From IMG/VR virus record IMGVR_UViG_3300012988_000001, positions 246,414 through 310,413 of that record: a DNA stretch of 64,000 nucleotides. One strand, 5' to 3'. Shown piece after piece: positions 47,637 to 56,300 of this stretch; position 1 is the stretch's first letter; each line of letters starts with the position of its first letter. The notes under the pieces are model-generated. The model was given only the letters and a program-made list of their open reading frames with translations, made no database searches and was not told the DNA's origin. This DNA comes from a virus. The translations under genes and the position numbers were made by a program.

Positions 47637-48323
47637 ATGAAGTTTATAAAAGAAAATGCTTATATCTTTGTGGGTGCTCTATTAGTACTTGCACTTGCAA
47701 CAATAATTATTAATAGTATCTATGCTGGTTACCAGCAGTACAAGTTAGAAGAGGAACCAAAAATGTATGGTTTGATGTATGTTAGTCCTGAAGGTGAGAA
47801 AGAGTATTACAGAAACACTGACGGGTCCACAACTAAAAATATCGATGACATTGCTATTCTAGCACAGAAGAAAACTGCTGTAGCTAAAGCAAAAGCATTG
47901 CTAAAGTCTGGACACTTAGAAGAAGCTGGTGGGGATATCTACGTTGTTGAGGTAGTTAAGTTAGTACTTAACCCTGAGAAAGTAACTATTCCTAAGAAGA
48001 AAGAAGGTTACATGATTGAATCAATGGATGCACATAAGTTGACTCCATGTTACTATACTGGTCCAATGAATATGGATTATTACAGTTCTTACAAATTCAG
48101 CGATTGTAAAACTCCCGGCACTGTATTTAAAACTGAAAAGAAAGCACTCGAAGTGATTGAGAGATTTTCAAAATATCTACGTGATAAGGAACAGCAAGAT
48201 TTGGCTGATCACCATCGTTATCATCCTAATCGCGTGTATAGTAATCATTTCCCTACCATTGTTGAACGCAATGATTATCTCATTGAAAACTTCAAGGTGA
48301 TTAAAACTGATGAGAATGATTGA
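47637..48323 (+). CDS. membrane-anchored protein (N-terminal TM)
   Basis: AYIFVGALLVLALATIII. Confidence 0.45.
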   Translation: MKFIKENAYIFVGALLVLALATIIINSIYAGYQQYKLEEEPKMYGLMYVSPEGEKEYYRNTDGSTTKNIDDIAILAQKKTAVAKAKALLKSGHLEEAGGDIYVVEVVKLVLNPEKVTIPKKKEGYMIESMDAHKLTPCYYTGPMNMDYYSSYKFSDCKTPGTVFKTEKKALEVIERFSKYLRDKEQQDLADHHRYHPNRVYSNHFPTIVERNDYLIENFKVIKTDEND

Positions 48324-48531
48324 AGCTATTGCTACCCTATTGACTGCGGTATTCATGGTGTGTATAATGTTGTTCGTGTGCTTCATACCACTTATGGTAG
48401 TATATGCAAGTGGACTACCCGAATTGGACATGTTCGCACGAATTATGGGTTGTCTTATCTCAATTCCTATGTTAAGATTAACTCTCGACGTAATCGACTG
48501 GATTTCAGACCTCAAGTACTGGAGAAATTAA
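48310..48531 (+). CDS. small membrane protein
   Basis: 73 aa, hydrophobic. Confidence 0.35.
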   Translation: MRMIEAIATLLTAVFMVCIMLFVCFIPLMVVYASGLPELDMFARIMGCLISIPMLRLTLDVIDWISDLKYWRN

Positions 48532-48532
48532 A

Positions 48533-48964
48533 ATGCAGAAAGGTGTATCGATTTTCTTTGAAATGCACGAACAGGGTATGCCACATGTAATTGCTGGCAT
48601 CTATAGTCCTTCTATGAAAACCGAAGAAGAGATGAAAGCACAGATGGTTGGCTTGATGGGTTATGATCCATTCAATGAACGCTATAAACCTGTGTTCATC
48701 AACCACACACATTTGTACGCTCATTCCCTACTCGGTAATGAGATTGATAAAGATACTCGTTATACTTTGTCTCGCTTCTTCCCAGTGGCTTTAGAGCCGC
48801 AGAAGCTACCAGTTGACCCGTTCAAGTTCGAACACCGTGACGTGGGTGCGTATGAGTTCATCTCAAATAATCGCTACAGCAAACAACTTCGTGAGCATCG
48901 TGTTGCTTTACAGAAAGAAGGTGTTGAACGTTATAAAGAAGAACGTGCTCGCAGTAAGGGGTAA
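48533..48964 (+). CDS. hypothetical protein
   Basis: ORF. Confidence 0.45.
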   Translation: MQKGVSIFFEMHEQGMPHVIAGIYSPSMKTEEEMKAQMVGLMGYDPFNERYKPVFINHTHLYAHSLLGNEIDKDTRYTLSRFFPVALEPQKLPVDPFKFEHRDVGAYEFISNNRYSKQLREHRVALQKEGVERYKEERARSKG

Positions 48965-48966
48965 GA

Positions 48967-49770
48967 ATGAAACTTGATGAAATGATAATTCGGGCGTTGG
49001 AGCTAGAATTAGAACATCATACCCGCGAAGAAAGGCGGGGTTTTAATAAAGCACTTGCTGAAGCTAAATGGTTGGTTGCTTATCCAATAAGTAGTAATAC
49101 TACACCACTACCAAGTGAATGGGTATTTGATCGTATAACATTTGTATTCAGTAATAATATACCTACATTTAGGCCACGGGGATTCATTGATGGTATTAGT
49201 GAATTTTCTATATGTGATGATACTTATTGGGCTAGTTGGAAAGAAATTGCAGTACACATGAGTGGTACAATCTGGATTGAAACATCTAAGATTAAACCAT
49301 CACATATTGAACCAATTCCTTTTAAACATCTTGATACACTCCCAGTACTAGGATATCATGCTGTTACAGAGTTCCACGAAGCCATAACTTCTTATATGGG
49401 AGTGGGTGAAGATTATGAACTGGACGCTGTACTTGAGAAGTACTTGGAATCTTTAAAACCAGAAGAACTAAGTCTTCCAATAGTATTTGATGATGTAGAA
49501 CAACGTAACTGGTATGAGTACGGAAAACGTACTGTACGCATTGAGTACTTCAACGAAATCATTGGCTATGCTGAGTTTAGTGGTCGTGAACTCTTAGGTA
49601 AGAAGTTTTTCACCACTGATATCAAAAAATATCAGGCCGCACTAAAAGATATGGTTGACAAGAGCGGTGTTTATGATAAAATGGCGTTCAATGGAGTAAC
49701 AGTTATCACTGATGAAGATGCTGATGCTCATGTTGGGGTTCCCGATATTACCCCATTAAAATTTACGTAA
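48967..49770 (+). CDS. hypothetical protein
   Basis: ORF. Confidence 0.45.
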   Translation: MKLDEMIIRALELELEHHTREERRGFNKALAEAKWLVAYPISSNTTPLPSEWVFDRITFVFSNNIPTFRPRGFIDGISEFSICDDTYWASWKEIAVHMSGTIWIETSKIKPSHIEPIPFKHLDTLPVLGYHAVTEFHEAITSYMGVGEDYELDAVLEKYLESLKPEELSLPIVFDDVEQRNWYEYGKRTVRIEYFNEIIGYAEFSGRELLGKKFFTTDIKKYQAALKDMVDKSGVYDKMAFNGVTVITDEDADAHVGVPDITPLKFT

Positions 49771-49782
49771 ATGGGGGTTGAC

Positions 49783-50025
49783 ATGCCAAAGATTTTAGTA
49801 CTAAAATGTGTGTCTGATTCGGGCTTCGGTTATGACCGTATCTTTGTAGGAAATGAGTTCTCTCGTGATCCTGCTGATATTGTACAGCTAGCCTCTCAGC
49901 AATTTAAAAAATTCGATTGGGGTGATGGTAAACTTCACCTCGTTGATGATGTACAAGATGAGGTCATTCTTTTCTTAAAGAAAAATGGCTATGAAGAATT
50001 CGATGCAGAATGCATCCACGTTTAG
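49783..50025 (+). CDS. hypothetical protein
   Basis: ORF. Confidence 0.4.
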   Translation: MPKILVLKCVSDSGFGYDRIFVGNEFSRDPADIVQLASQQFKKFDWGDGKLHLVDDVQDEVILFLKKNGYEEFDAECIHV

Positions 50026-50037
50026 AGGAAAATAACA

Positions 50038-50192
50038 TGCAAGCAGTTCTAATTCTAGCAATCCTACTCATTCTTGCAGTACTTGGTCAGATTCCACTAC
50101 TAATCTGGTTTGTGATGGGTGTAGCAGTTGTTCTAATCTTCCGTAATGGTGTTAAGTCATACGAAGAAAATAAAAAGAAACACAAAGTGTAA
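50038..50192 (+). CDS. small membrane protein (51 aa)
   Basis: MQAVLILAILLILAVLGQIPLLIWFVMGVAVVLIF. Under 60 aa, so not in the ORF track. Confidence 0.35.
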
Positions 50193-50345
50193 AACAAATT
50201 GGGAGTACTAAAAACTCCCAATATTAATTAAATGAGCGTTGTTTCCAGACGATTAAGTAAACCGGGATGGTACATAACTGGAATCTGAATAGCTACAGCG
50301 GGGGTTCGATTCCCTCCTTCGCTCCCAAATTCTTTTCACAAAGTT

Positions 50346-50374
50346 GGGACAAAACAAATACTTTGTGATATAAT
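50346..50374 (+). promoter_or_regulatory. class B promoter
   Basis: ttgggacaaaacaaatactttgtgatataat. Confidence 0.65.
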
Positions 50375-50457
50375 AAACCATCGACGGATGTAAAGCGTAA
50401 CTTACCGCTCTCGTGTTGAGAGCATCTTGAAAAACGTAAAATAAGGATTTTACAAAT

Positions 50458-50673
50458 ATGTCTAAAGTAACTACCACCGAAACCCGCCTAGCTGATATCA
50501 CTGACGTTGAGCGTACTGTGAACTACATCAAGTTCCAACTATCCCAAGTTGAAGCGATGCTAGACCAGCACAGCGGCGACGACCGGAAGATTGTCTTTGT
50601 GCATCTTCTAGAGTGGAAGAACAACTTGAAGAGTGAGCTACACGATCTAACTCGCAAAAACAAGCGTAAGTAA
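50458..50673 (+). CDS. hypothetical protein
   Basis: ORF. Confidence 0.4.
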   Translation: MSKVTTTETRLADITDVERTVNYIKFQLSQVEAMLDQHSGDDRKIVFVHLLEWKNNLKSELHDLTRKNKRK

Positions 50674-50729
50674 GACACAAGCCGTCACTTAAGTGACGGC
50701 ATATTAATCTAATACAAAGGGATGCAAAC

Positions 50730-50972
50730 ATGATTACTCAAGAAGAATTACGTAGTACTTTCCACCGTATTGAAGATTTAAAAACAGTACGCAAAGAAAC
50801 TTGGGAAGCGTGGCATAAGCTAAACAACCAAGAACAACGTAGCAAAGAAGAAGGTAAAGAGCTATCTCGCCTCTCCAGCCTAAACTCTTCTTTGAACTAC
50901 GAAATCCGTGGGCTTCAGATTAAATTCAAAGAACAATCCGAAGCATTCATTCAACAAGTCGTAAGGGGTTAA
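50730..50972 (+). CDS. hypothetical coiled-coil protein
   Basis: ORF. Confidence 0.4.
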   Translation: MITQEELRSTFHRIEDLKTVRKETWEAWHKLNNQEQRSKEEGKELSRLSSLNSSLNYEIRGLQIKFKEQSEAFIQQVVRG

Positions 50973-50974
50973 AA

Positions 50975-51457
50975 ATGATACTCTTTATTACAATCTGTGC
51001 TAGTATCGTGGGCATCTTTGCTTTTCTACTAATTGTAAGTACTATCTGTATGGGTAAACCAGTTCTCATGAGTTTACAAGTACTGATGGGATCACTAAAG
51101 TACAGCAAAGAGGTTAACGACAAAATCGATCTAGAACTGGGTAAAGTAGATGCAGGTTTCTATCATGTAGTGGTAGAAGAACATACAATCTGTTTGTACT
51201 CTAAAGAGAAGTATCCAGACCGTGATGCAATCGCACGATACAGTGATAAACCAGAACTAGAAATCTGGATTGAAAACAAATTCTACTCATACGGTAATAT
51301 CTACCGTTTGAATGGTCAATCACCACGCGACCTACAGAATAAGCGTCCGTCTATCAAGCTAATGAAACAGATTTATCAGCTAGAGAAGACTAAAGGCGAA
51401 AGCACTTCTAAAGTGAAGAAAGACAAATCTAAAACAGAAACAGTTGTTTTAGGATAA
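50975..51457 (+). CDS. membrane-anchored protein (N-terminal TM)
   Basis: ILFITICASIVGIFAFLLIV. Confidence 0.45.
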   Translation: MILFITICASIVGIFAFLLIVSTICMGKPVLMSLQVLMGSLKYSKEVNDKIDLELGKVDAGFYHVVVEEHTICLYSKEKYPDRDAIARYSDKPELEIWIENKFYSYGNIYRLNGQSPRDLQNKRPSIKLMKQIYQLEKTKGESTSKVKKDKSKTETVVLG

Positions 51458-51460
51458 TGA

Positions 51461-51487
51461 AAGGGACTTCGGTCCCTTTTCTTTTAA
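51461..51487 (+). terminator. rho-independent terminator
   Basis: aagggac-ttcg-gtccctt plus ttcttttaa. Confidence 0.7.
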
Positions 51488-51505
51488 TTAAAGTAAGAGG
51501 TAATT

Positions 51506-52027
51506 ATGACTAATCAAGATTACATGGATTTACTGAAGAGATTTGCATGTGGTGAAAGTACTACAGAAATGAAGATTGAGTACTTCGGTCAGAATAATCC
51601 AAGAGAACTGATGATTCGGTATTTTGTTAATACAGATGTGTATAACGTTGAAACTGGTGATCTATATCAAAGGGGAGTCACTGGGTGTAATGTGATTGAG
51701 ATTATGAACAATGAGTTGATAATGCTCATGCCTAATGTTATGGATGCCTATCTCACCAAGACTTATACGAATAGTCAGTTGATTCGTTTGTATCAGGATA
51801 ATGCACGTTTAATGCAAGCAGGAACGATTCTAGCGAACCAACACTCTGGATCACAACTGCGTATCCCTTATTATGAGGACGCCGCCGAACGCTTCCAGCG
51901 TGAGCTAACGGGTGAAATCGTACTGTATGAGTCACACCTTCAGTACGTCCATAAAATCGTTCAGAATGCTCATGACGCATACGAAACAAAGATGCGAGAA
52001 ACTTGGGACAATGCAGTGATTTTGTGA
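51506..52027 (+). CDS. hypothetical protein
   Basis: ORF. Confidence 0.45.
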   Translation: MTNQDYMDLLKRFACGESTTEMKIEYFGQNNPRELMIRYFVNTDVYNVETGDLYQRGVTGCNVIEIMNNELIMLMPNVMDAYLTKTYTNSQLIRLYQDNARLMQAGTILANQHSGSQLRIPYYEDAAERFQRELTGEIVLYESHLQYVHKIVQNAHDAYETKMRETWDNAVIL

Positions 52028-52033
52028 TATAAT
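52005..52033 (+). promoter_or_regulatory. class B promoter (overlaps the 3' end of the upstream CDS)
   Basis: ttgggacaatgcagtgattttgtgatataat. Confidence 0.6.
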
Positions 52034-52064
52034 AAAAGAGTCAATTGGACATGGAGAAAATATA

Positions 52065-52361
52065 ATGGAATATCTAAACGAAGACGAATTCAAAGACCTC
52101 GATAATTTCATCGAAGGTTGTACCGATACAGAAGCAGCTATTGGCGATCTTAAAGCAGTAACCGATTCAATCGACGGTATGTTTATGATCCCAGTACGTG
52201 CTAGTACTGTATACGTTGGGGAGCTACATACCGATGGTAATGCCACCCTTAAAGATTATGAAGACATGATTTCAATGGGTCTTGACCTAAACGAAGATGA
52301 AGTCAGTCATTACCATGAATTACTTGCAGCTTACGAAGAGATGCAAAATAATTCAAAATAA
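52065..52361 (+). CDS. acidic small protein (98 aa)
   Basis: D/E-rich. Confidence 0.45.
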   Translation: MEYLNEDEFKDLDNFIEGCTDTEAAIGDLKAVTDSIDGMFMIPVRASTVYVGELHTDGNATLKDYEDMISMGLDLNEDEVSHYHELLAAYEEMQNNSK

Positions 52362-52374
52362 TTTGCAAATTCTT

Positions 52375-52403
52375 GGGACAAAAACAAGAAAATGTGATAT
52401 AAT
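52375..52403 (+). promoter_or_regulatory. class B promoter upstream of a leader and tRNA-Ser
   Basis: ttgggacaaaaacaagaaaatgtgatataat. Confidence 0.65.
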
Positions 52404-52631
52404 ATAAGTATCTTAGAGAGTTGAGTTACCTATTCCTTTTGGTGCTCTCTAAGATACAAAACGCTGGCAAAACGGATTCAAACAGCAAACATCTGAAAAA
52501 ATTATAGATGAAGTTACGACGATGTGCCTTAATCGGCCTAGTGAGTAACAGGCGGGTAGCGAGCTTAGAGCTATATTCATAGGTGAAAAATGTCGAGGCG
52601 GCCTATGTCTTATTCAAATTGAATCCAGTAT

Positions 52632-52723
52632 GGAAGGTTGGTCGAGTTGGTTTATGGCTCCAGTCTTGAAAACTGGCGACGGTTAATAGCCGTCCGTGGG
52701 TTCGAATCCCACATCTTCCTCCA
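52632..52723 (+). tRNA. tRNA-Ser (anticodon TGA), type II
   Basis: Acceptor GGAAGGT/ATCTTCC, anticodon stem-loop ccagt-cttgaaa-actgg, variable arm gacgg-ttaatag-ccgtc, T-arm gtgggttcgaatcccac, CCA. Confidence 0.8.
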
Positions 52724-52725
52724 CG

Positions 52726-52772
52726 GAATCTAACAGCAATTTACTTTTTTCGATTATAAAAAAACCCAAAGG
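52726..52772 (+). repeat. copy 1 of a ~45-nt AT-rich element GAATCTAACAGCAATTTAC-TTTTTTCGATTATAAAAAAAC immediately 3' of tRNA-Ser
   Basis: Matches 54259-54297 at about 85% identity. A partial copy lies at 54192-54213. Confidence 0.5.
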
Positions 52773-52781
52773 ATTCCCGTT

Positions 52782-53159
52782 ATGACATTTGATGATTTTG
52801 AAGTATACGTAAGACGTGAAATTGAGAATTATCTAAACCGCCCTGAGAGTAAAAGTATTTCACAGTGTTTTCACTTTGACAGTACTCAATACTTAGTGCT
52901 AAAATGGCGTAATACACCAAATACAGCAGATGTACGTTTCTCAATCAATTATGATTATGAAGATATGTATATTGAATTCACACTCATTGTTGAGTATGAT
53001 ACTGGTGAAGACGAAGATGATCATCACAGTCAAGGTACTGTACATGATATACCAACATCTGAAGAAGAATACTTTCAAAAGAGTACAGTACAAGATTTAG
53101 GTTTCCGTTGGGAATTCTACCAGTACTTGTATGACTTCTTTGAAAAGCAAAGAACCTAA
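52782..53159 (+). CDS. FQ-motif family protein
   Basis: ...IPTSEEEYFQKSTVQDLGFRWEFYQYLYDFF. Confidence 0.5.
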   Translation: MTFDDFEVYVRREIENYLNRPESKSISQCFHFDSTQYLVLKWRNTPNTADVRFSINYDYEDMYIEFTLIVEYDTGEDEDDHHSQGTVHDIPTSEEEYFQKSTVQDLGFRWEFYQYLYDFFEKQRT

Positions 53160-53164
53160 ATTAT

Positions 53165-53246
53165 TGGGGAGTGGCAGAGCGGTCGATTGCACCAGACTGT
53201 AAATCTGGCATACCACGCGTTGGTTCGAATCCAACCTCCCCAACCA
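53165..53246 (+). tRNA. tRNA-Tyr (anticodon GTA)
   Basis: Acceptor TGGGGAG/CTCCCCA, anticodon stem-loop ccaga-ctgtaaa-tctgg, T-arm gttggttcgaatccaac, CCA. Confidence 0.65.
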
Positions 53247-53264
53247 TTAAGAAAAGAATTGACA

Positions 53265-53516
53265 ATGAACACAAATTTTGAGACAATATGTGCACTTGCT
53301 CAAGGTATTATCGACGCAACGATTGATATGCCAGAGCAGTACGCACAGAAGATTGAAGAACTAGCAGCGACTATCGTTACAGTAGCTTCAATGGCTGAAG
53401 GTATCCCAACTGCTAAAACGATTGATAGTCGTGATCTTGTTGAGGGTCGTAATGATCTTGGTGATGGGATTGTTGCTTATCGCGAAGGTAATGAAATTCG
53501 CCTAGCTCGTGATTAA
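53265..53516 (+). CDS. hypothetical protein
   Basis: Start placed after the tRNA (the ORF track start overlaps the tRNA). Confidence 0.4.
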   Translation: MNTNFETICALAQGIIDATIDMPEQYAQKIEELAATIVTVASMAEGIPTAKTIDSRDLVEGRNDLGDGIVAYREGNEIRLARD

Positions 53517-53637
53517 GTAATATACTGGTTAAGCTCATAGACGTTCCTTGTAACGGGAATAAGGGTTAACAGTACCGAACGTTATCGAGTAACCCCGAAA
53601 GACCCAAAGGTATATTACTTACCTAACTGGAGAGCAT

Positions 53638-53865
53638 ATGTCAGTACTAAACAATAACTATTTCAGATTAAAAACTGAATTTGAAGTTCAAGTTGATATA
53701 AAATATATTGGTAATAATACATTTTCATATACTATTGATTCTAGTAATGTTGCAACTCCAGCACTTAAAGAATTGAAAACATTATTGTACTTTGAACCAA
53801 AAAGTGGAATACTACATGGGGTTGTAAAATTCTATGGTAAAGTTCCAGATGAGTTTGGAGATTGA
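53638..53865 (+). CDS. hypothetical protein
   Basis: RBS ggagagcatatg. Confidence 0.4.
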   Translation: MSVLNNNYFRLKTEFEVQVDIKYIGNNTFSYTIDSSNVATPALKELKTLLYFEPKSGILHGVVKFYGKVPDEFGD

Positions 53866-53866
53866 A

Positions 53867-54184
53867 ATGTCAGTACATAAAGAAGTAGTAAATAAATTAG
53901 AAGAACTTCTTGAGATAGTCAAAGTACTTCCTCAAGGATATCAATATAAAGTACGTGAATTAAGTGCTTGTATTGAAACAGTAGTATCTATGTATGATGA
54001 CGTACAACGGGGTATCATTCCTGAAGTACTGATCAAAATGCGTAACGGTGAACCAATGGATGAGATTCCAGAGGAACACCACAAAGAACAAGATGTAGAA
54101 AGTGTCCCAGTACTGGAGTCTGAAACAGATATCTCTAAGCCTGTAAAGACTAAGTTAGTACTAGGTAAAAACACTTCTCTATAA
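53867..54184 (+). CDS. hypothetical protein
   Basis: ORF. Confidence 0.4.
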   Translation: MSVHKEVVNKLEELLEIVKVLPQGYQYKVRELSACIETVVSMYDDVQRGIIPEVLIKMRNGEPMDEIPEEHHKEQDVESVPVLESETDISKPVKTKLVLGKNTSL

Positions 54185-54258
54185 CCTGTTTTGGAATCTA
54201 ACAGCAAATTATATAAAATACATTTGGCGTAATTAAAAAGACAGATTCCAGTTAAAAC

Positions 54259-54297
54259 GAAATCCAACAGCAATTTAATTTTTCGGTATAAAAAACA
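54259..54297 (+). repeat. copy 2 of the same element (AAATCCAACAGCAATTTAA-TTTTTCGGTATAAAAAAC) just 5' of tRNA-Pro
   Basis: Read directly. Confidence 0.5.
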
Positions 54298-54314
54298 AAA
54301 ATGGATTTCAGTAT

Positions 54315-54395
54315 CGGTGTGTAGCTCAGTCTGGTCAGAGCACTCCGTTTGGGACGGAGGGGTTTTCAGAGGTTCGAATCCTCTCACACCGACCA
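54315..54395 (+). tRNA. tRNA-Pro (anticodon TGG)
   Basis: Acceptor CGGTGTG/CACACCG, D-arm tagctcagtctggtcagagc, anticodon stem-loop ctccg-tttggga-cggag, T-arm agaggttcgaatcctct, CCA. Confidence 0.75.
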
Positions 54396-54434
54396 CGTAG
54401 TTACGATAAATACTCTAAACAATGGAGTATTATC

Positions 54435-55004
54435 GTGAAACAATTTACAAAAGAAGAATTAATCAACGCAACAAGAAATGCGACTCGTAAGACACATGTC
54501 TATACTAATTTGGGAATTAATAAGCCAAATGGTAATATGATAAAAAAAGTACAAAACCAATATGACCATCATCAACTAGATTTGAATGAAATGCTATATT
54601 GGAATATGTATACAGTTAAAACGTGTCCAGTTTGTGATGAAGAGTTTGTTGTATCTCAAAAGGTAGAACAAGCTAGACCTAAAATGACTTGCTCGTATGC
54701 ATGTTCTAATACCCATTTTAGAAGTGGTATTAATAATGGTTCTCATCAGAAATCACTTAACGGTGGGTTGAATAGTTCAAGTCATTATCGTACTATATGT
54801 TTCCATCATCATGAGAAGAAATGTATTATTTGCGGTGAAGACAAAATAGTTGCTGTACATCATTATGATGAAAATCATTATAATAATGCAGCAGAGAATT
54901 TAATCCCAATGTGTCCTACGCATCATCAATATATGCATAGCTCATACAAAGATTTAATTCAAAAACAAGTTGACGATTATGTGAAAACATGGTCTAATAC
55001 TTAA
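54435..55004 (+). CDS. HNH homing endonuclease
   Basis: CPVC/CSYAC zinc finger and ...AVHHYDENHYNNAAENLIPMCPTHHQYMH HNH motif. Confidence 0.7.
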   Translation: MKQFTKEELINATRNATRKTHVYTNLGINKPNGNMIKKVQNQYDHHQLDLNEMLYWNMYTVKTCPVCDEEFVVSQKVEQARPKMTCSYACSNTHFRSGINNGSHQKSLNGGLNSSSHYRTICFHHHEKKCIICGEDKIVAVHHYDENHYNNAAENLIPMCPTHHQYMHSSYKDLIQKQVDDYVKTWSNT

Positions 55005-55010
55005 ATCGGA

Positions 55011-55086
55011 GGTCGGTTAGCTCAGTCGGTAGAGCGAAACACTGTTAATGTTGAGGTCGCGTGTTCGAGCCACGCACCGACCGCCA
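55011..55086 (+). tRNA. tRNA-Asn (anticodon GTT)
   Basis: Acceptor GGTCGGT/ACCGACC, anticodon loop ctgttaa, T-arm gcgtgttcgagccacgc, CCA. Confidence 0.8.
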
Positions 55087-55092
55087 CAATTT

Positions 55093-55168
55093 GGTCCTAT
55101 AGTTTCAGCGGTAAAAATACTCGCCTGTCACGCGAATGTCGCGGGTTCGAATCCCGCTAGGACCGCCA
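55093..55168 (+). tRNA. tRNA-Asp (anticodon GTC)
   Basis: Acceptor GGTCCTA/TAGGACC, anticodon loop ctgtcac, T-arm gcgggttcgaatcccgc, CCA. Confidence 0.75.
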
Positions 55169-55179
55169 CTTTATGAGGA

Positions 55180-55377
55180 ATGTTTATGACAAACGTTCGA
55201 GTACTGCTAGTGTTCACGCCAGCAGAAAATGAATCATCACTTGATACCTTTTCGGTAAAACTTGATGAGAATGAAAATTTGACAGAAGATATCAAAGCTG
55301 ATATACTTCGATCATATTTTCAAAATTCCAAACGCACCACTGCGGAATTGGAAAGAATTCAATTTAGTATTGAATAA
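55180..55377 (+). CDS. small hypothetical protein embedded between tRNAs
   Basis: 65 aa ORF with GAGGAA RBS. Confidence 0.35.
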   Translation: MFMTNVRVLLVFTPAENESSLDTFSVKLDENENLTEDIKADILRSYFQNSKRTTAELERIQFSIE

Positions 55378-55378
55378 T

Positions 55379-55455
55379 GCGTTGTTAGCTCAGTTGGTAG
55401 AGCAGGGAACTTTTAATTCTCATGTCGCAAGGTTCGATTCCTGCACGACGCACCA
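55379..55455 (+). tRNA. tRNA-Lys (anticodon TTT)
   Basis: Acceptor GCGTTGT/ACGACGC, anticodon stem-loop gggaa-cttttaa-ttctc, T-arm with one bulge, CCA. Confidence 0.7.
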
Positions 55456-55457
55456 CT

Positions 55458-55531
55458 ACTCTATTCGTCTATCGGTTAGGACGTTGGCCTTTCACGCCAG
55501 AAAGAACAGTTCGATTCTGTTATAGAGTACC
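55458..55531 (+). tRNA. tRNA-Glu (anticodon TTC)
   Basis: Acceptor ACTCTAT/ATAGAGT, anticodon stem-loop ttggc-ctttcac-gccag, T-arm aacagttcgattctgtt, CCA. Confidence 0.7.
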
Positions 55532-55533
55532 AC

Positions 55534-55620
55534 ATTTACTGTTAGCTCAGATGGTAGAGCGGTTGTACTGGTGAGACTCCAGACAAAAGGGACACTGGTT
55601 CGATGCCAGTACAGTAAACC
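55534..55620 (+). tRNA. atypical tRNA-like gene. It has acceptor, D-arm, T-arm and CCA, but an 8 to 10 nt expanded anticodon or variable region and no clean anticodon loop
   Basis: Acceptor TTACTGT/ACAGTAA, D-arm tagctcagatggtagagc, T-arm actggttcgatgccagt, CCA. The middle folds as gtactgg-tgagact-ccagac. Confidence 0.3.
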
Positions 55621-55625
55621 ACAAT

Positions 55626-55701
55626 GCGTGATGATAGTTCAGTGTCAGAATATTTCCCTTTAGGATTCGGCAACGGTTAGATTCCGTTGATTCACGCTCC
55701 A
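55626..55701 (+). other. degenerate tRNA-like element (T-arm aacggttagattccgtt, imperfect acceptor, ends CCA)
   Basis: Read directly. D-arm and anticodon arm pairing are poor. Confidence 0.2.
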
Positions 55702-55991
55702 AACATGTTGGTGTAGATTAATCTGCATGGCAACGGGGAGAAATCCCACTCAGCAGGAGAGCAATGTAACAACTATGGTCGTGGCCGATTCCTGCCGACC
55801 CGCTTAGTACTCGTAAGGTACTAAACGATTATAAGTACAGAAGTATAAGGGCAGCGGTGTATACCAAATTGACGATACTATTTCTGTACTTTCTTTTTAT
55901 GGTAACAGATAACCAATTCTTGCAGTAATCCAGAGGGAGTGTATGCTGGGAGGGGGATATCTTGGAGTGAAAATCTTCATGTTACCTGCAT

Positions 55992-56117
55992 TGCGTGACG
56001 TTACGTAGAGCACCGAACAGATATCCTAAGTCAGTCTAGAAATACTTAGGAAGGAGTTAGTGTTATCTAGGGTATCATACGAGGTTGATCGCTCGTTGGT
56101 GTGGTTCGAGTCCACGG
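55992..56117 (+). other. tRNA-like element with a canonical T-arm (tgtggttcgagtccacg), a 3' acceptor strand plus CCA, and a matching 5' strand 126 nt upstream. Too long for a standard tRNA
   Basis: gcgtgac ... gttacgt-a-cca pairing found by eye. Confidence 0.2.
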
Positions 56118-56300
56118 TTACGTACCACTTAAATCATTTACCTTTAGACTGTAGTTCGAAATGCAGAATATTGGGGTACATAACATCGCTTAAGGACTTC
56201 GTTTAGCGGCGAAGGGGATACGTGCAAGGGTTATGAAGAAAATACCGGGAACGACTGGCTATGCCTTAGATGATTTATTTTTAATTAAAGGAGTACTGAA

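Noticed and set aside
50251-50327. Intact plus-strand tRNA upstream of the 50346 promoter
   Set aside because: The 5' acceptor strand does not pair with the 3' end in any register I could find. Kept only as a fragment observation.
44815-50330. Integrated element or prophage att site at tRNA 3' ends
   Set aside because: No integrase, excisionase or direct-repeat pair. The genome context is a lytic phage tRNA island with HNH genes.
52404-56300. RNase P RNA or tmRNA in the ORF-free stretches near tRNAs
   Set aside because: No tag-reading frame plus tRNA-like halves arrangement, and no conserved RNase P P4 motifs could be found by eye.
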